A stretch of DNA of 61,108 nucleotides, filler included. It is 12 parts of 12 records of this genome, joined end to end, with 100 filler letters (N's around TTAATTAATTAA, not from the genome) between each part and the next. Parts side by side here need not be neighbours in the genome. Positions count along the whole stretch, not along the records: positions 56,562 to 61,108 come from SRR15195285_7312; 11 more parts are not named here. One strand, given 5' to 3'. A program made the translations under genes and the position numbers. This document shows positions 57,851-61,108 of this stretch, piece by piece; within the stretch, counting starts at the first letter, position 1, and each line of letters opens with the position of its first letter. A model generated the notes under the pieces. That model did no database searches, was not told the DNA's origin, and saw only the letters and a program-made list of their open reading frames with translations.

Positions 57851-60800
57851 CTATCTACTATAGACCGTAGCTGGCAGGAGACCATCAAACGGATTTCGTC
57901 CTCCTGCCGTGGCGCGGCTCGCTGCTGTCGTGCAAATGTTTGGATTGTGAGTATGTTGCCCGTGTTGATGACGAGCGTTCTTCTCTCCCAGCACCTCGCT
58001 GTCCTCCTCCCGCTGTTCCCTTCGTTCTCTACCCTCTCCTCCTCGTGATGTCCAGCGATCTGTGTCGGTAGCAGTGCTTAACCTCGAAGACCTGCGACAC
58101 AATCCATCCAACAGTTAGAGCCAAGGCGCTCTGCTGTGATCCTACTAGGATTGATCAGCGTGACGTGGACAACTGACAAATCAGCCACACGGGTAACACA
58201 AGCTGATCGCTGCACTTCCATCTGCGTGCGCAGGCTTGTGGGCTTTCGCAGCTGTGACGCACCAGATGCCCGCTGCGAATGCCGACGCGAGTAGCTCAGG
58301 CCCAACACGCGTGCTAGCTGCGCCTCGATCGCCCTGGCCAGAAACAACCCAACCAATCAGTCTTCGAAAGTGCCTTGGCAACGACAGATAGAGTAAATCT
58401 GATGTTGAGAGACGTACCGCTCCCACTCGCCGTGCCCGGCACCGCCACCAGCCTGCTGGCCCGCAGCATATCCAGCGCGTGCATACTGCCCAGCAGAGGA
58501 ATACCGATTAGTCAAATATGCACGACCGCAATATGCTGGCGAGCGGAACAAGCAGAGCGGGTGCGGGCCGTTCCTGACCTGCGATCCCGCGTAATATTGC
58601 CCGCTGCCACCGCCTGCTGCTGATTGGCCAGTGCCCTGGTTCCGCCGATGGTACGGCCCGTAGTAGTCCGCCTGGTTGCGGTAGCCTACAGGAAAACCAC
58701 GCAGGAGAGATTGATGAGCGCCGTTCGGACACGAATCGCAGACAGAACGTGTAGATTGGAAACGAACGCACTGCTTGGTGCTTGCCCTGACGAGCGGCCG
58801 GAGGCGTAGCGACTTGATGACGGATGCCGCGAGTGGCCTATCGCACCAACATTCTGCTCAGCGAAAGATACTTGGCCTTGAAGATAGGGAACTGTGGATG
58901 GCGACTGTAGGGTCAGGGCGTACCACCACGGGATCGCGCACTTCCGCCAGAGTGCGGGGGCGCGGCGGTGGCACGCTGGCGTGCCGAGGATGGCGAGCCC
59001 TGGCGGTCAGTAGCAACCAGACACGTGGCACTCTCAGAATTTTTCTTCGTCGTACTGTGATCAGGCGACAACCAACTGCAAGCATGGAAGGGGGGGTCGC
59101 ACCGGGCCGCGCTGCGGAGCGTAGTGGTGCCCTGGGTGCGGGGCTGCAGCGTGGCCGCCCGCTTGCCGCGAAGCCGGCGGCGGCGCAGGATGATACCCGC
59201 CCTGCTCTGGCTGCTTCGGCTGCTGTGGTTGCTGCTGTGGTTGCTGCTGCTGCGACTGCGGCTGCTGAGATTGCTTCTCGGCACCCGGCAAGTCAGGAAG
59301 CCGATCGCGCCCTCCCTGCACCAGCCACAGTCGTCCTTAGTTTCAGGGCAGCCATTTTGCTTGACTAGGTGCAACGGGCGCAGGGCCGTGGTAGTTTCCA
59401 GCGGCTGTGTACCCACCGGCTGCTGTGCGGGGGGTGGCTGCGGCACCGGGTCGTCGTCTGCAAGCATTCCAACGGTCGTTGCACAGTCGTCACTTGAAGA
59501 GACGCCGGGCAACTGTCAGACAGCGGAGAGACAGAACACAGGATGTGTGCGAACGCACAGCGCGGATTCGGCAGGTTGCTGGTGAGGTCGCGCAGCTTGC
59601 ACGGGACGTGGATCGTCCAGACGAGATCTGAGCGAGCAGACTTCACTGACTGTGGATCGTCCCGACGACATCCGCGCGACAACCTGCGCAAGCTCATGGT
59701 TTCAGCGGAGCCCAGTCAAGCACGATTTGCATTCACGAAGACACTGAGGGCCACTCGAGGCGCCACTGACTGGGCGGCAGGCCGTGTCCAGCGCACGCAC
59801 CTGCGGCATCTTGAGGATGTCGTCCACAGAGGGACGGTGGGACGGGTTCACCGCGAGCAACTTCGCAATCACGTCCTTGATGTCCTGTGAGTAGTGCGAC
59901 GACACTGGCGGGTAGACGCCACGCATGACCTGTGCGAGACAGCGGGTCTGGTTTAGGCGCATGCGGTGAGGCGCGCAACAGTGGGCGGCGCGCCCTCACC
60001 TTGCAAGCCAGGCCGCGCATGTCGTTGGAGTCAAACGGCGGCTTGCCGGTGATCATCTCGTAGAGCAGGCAGCCGAGCGCCCAGATATCGGACTTGGCGT
60101 TGTACGGCTTATTCTTCCACAGCTCCGGAGACACGTAGTACGGCGTGCCGATCTGCGTCTTGACCATCGCCCTGAGTAGCAGCGATGGCGGGTGGTGGCA
60201 CAGGTTAGGCAGTGCGGGCCGACGAAAACGTCCGAGCGCGCAGGGCCCGCGGGGGCGCACCGAGTGGCGGCGAAAAGCTTGGCGACGCCCAGGTCGCCGA
60301 TTTTGATCAAGTGGAGCGCCTGGATACCGATGGCAAGCTGGATGAAGAACACCCAGGCCTTGTCCTCCGGCATCATCTGGCGCTTCTGCGCAAGGCGGCG
60401 CAGGCGCTGGAACATATCGCCGTTGCCGGCGTACTCCGTTATGATGTACAGGTTCATGTTGTGCACGAACGCTTCGTTGAACTTGATAATGTACGGGCTC
60501 TCGACGGACGCCAGGATGCGGATCTGCAGAGGTTACAGAGGTTTCAGTTTCGTCGGCCTAGCGCACCAGCGGGCGAGGGACGCTGCGAAAGCGGGAGGGG
60601 TGGCGAACCGTGCGGGCGCAGGGCGGGGCACCGCGCAGGTGGGCGCAGGCGGCCGGCGCGGGCAGCGGAAGTGCAGGCAGAGGTCAGCGCCCACCTCGTT
60701 AACGGCGTCCTCGCGCTCCTTCTGGGTCATCTTCTGCGTGTTGATCTGCTTCATCGCGTAGACCTTGCCGTCCGTCTGGCGCTTGACGCGGTAGACGGCC

Positions 60801-60951
60801 CTGCAGTGCGGCGCGCGGCGCGGTGTGAGCCAGCGGGCGAGTCACTGGTGAAGGAGGCGAGGCCAGGCGGGGCGCACCCATTCGAGCCCTTGCCGAGGAA
60901 CTTCTCGATGCGGAAGTCCTGCACCACGCTGTCCACTCTGAGCCGGCTCAT
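57851..60951 (-). CDS. NIMA-related kinase (NEK/CNK-like) lacking the HRD catalytic loop; introns 60801-60877, 60524-60694, 60172-60260, 59930-59999, 59684-59800; C-terminal exons and end approximate
   Basis: LGKGSNGAVY, YAMKQI, EREDAVNEIRILAS, KIGDLGVAK, TQIGTPYYVSPELW, KSDIWALGC, HRPSVDDIL. Confidence 0.85.
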
Positions 60952-61108
60952 CCCGCACTGCCGCGCGGAAGGCGCTGTTATCCGCCCTTCCCGCCCTACC
61001 CGCACGGTCGATCCTCCCGGTTGGGGGCGGCACCCCTGCCCTGGCCACGGCGGCTGCCGCTCGCAGGCTGGAGCTGCTCTTTCGCGCACGCGGGTCGCCG
61101 CACTGCCT

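Noticed and set aside
768-60877. Non-standard genetic code or non-canonical introns
   Set aside because: In the genes I could model, in-frame stops are explained by GT-AG introns under the standard code.
1-61108. Treating the genes as one cluster (glycan utilisation or ART defence locus)
   Set aside because: They lie on separate contigs, so linkage is not shown.

Overview
This is eukaryotic, GC-rich protist DNA and not one continuous locus. It consists of 12 contigs joined by eleven identical 100-nt artificial spacers (44 N + TTAATTAATTAA + 44 N), so adjacency across spacers has no meaning. Many genes carry short GT-AG introns that can be placed by restoring conserved motifs. Recognisable products: a bacterial-type EcxA/DUF5117-like Zn metalloprotease, an OTU1/YOD1 deubiquitinase, a tandem uridine-kinase/CYTH (TTM-like) protein, a GYG K+/CNBD channel, aspartyl aminopeptidase, an SLC25A39/40 carrier, an S1 sulfatase, a bestrophin, a RING-H2 protein, an R-S-E ADP-ribosyltransferase, a NEK kinase and several secreted or coiled-coil proteins. 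Most notable: (1) an uninterrupted, 5'-truncated >3000-aa ORF made of about 24 tandem transmembrane hairpins (about 48 TMs), many with a Cys pair in the loop, followed by PH-like and SAM-like domains; (2) a NEK with a clean in-frame loss of the HRD catalytic loop; (3) non-coding DNA on several contigs full of TA-X-revcomp(X)-TA palindromes that resemble accumulated Tc1/mariner excision footprints, next to a Helentron-like terminus. All calls were made by eye from motifs, with no database searches. Picozoa-like origin is only a guess.
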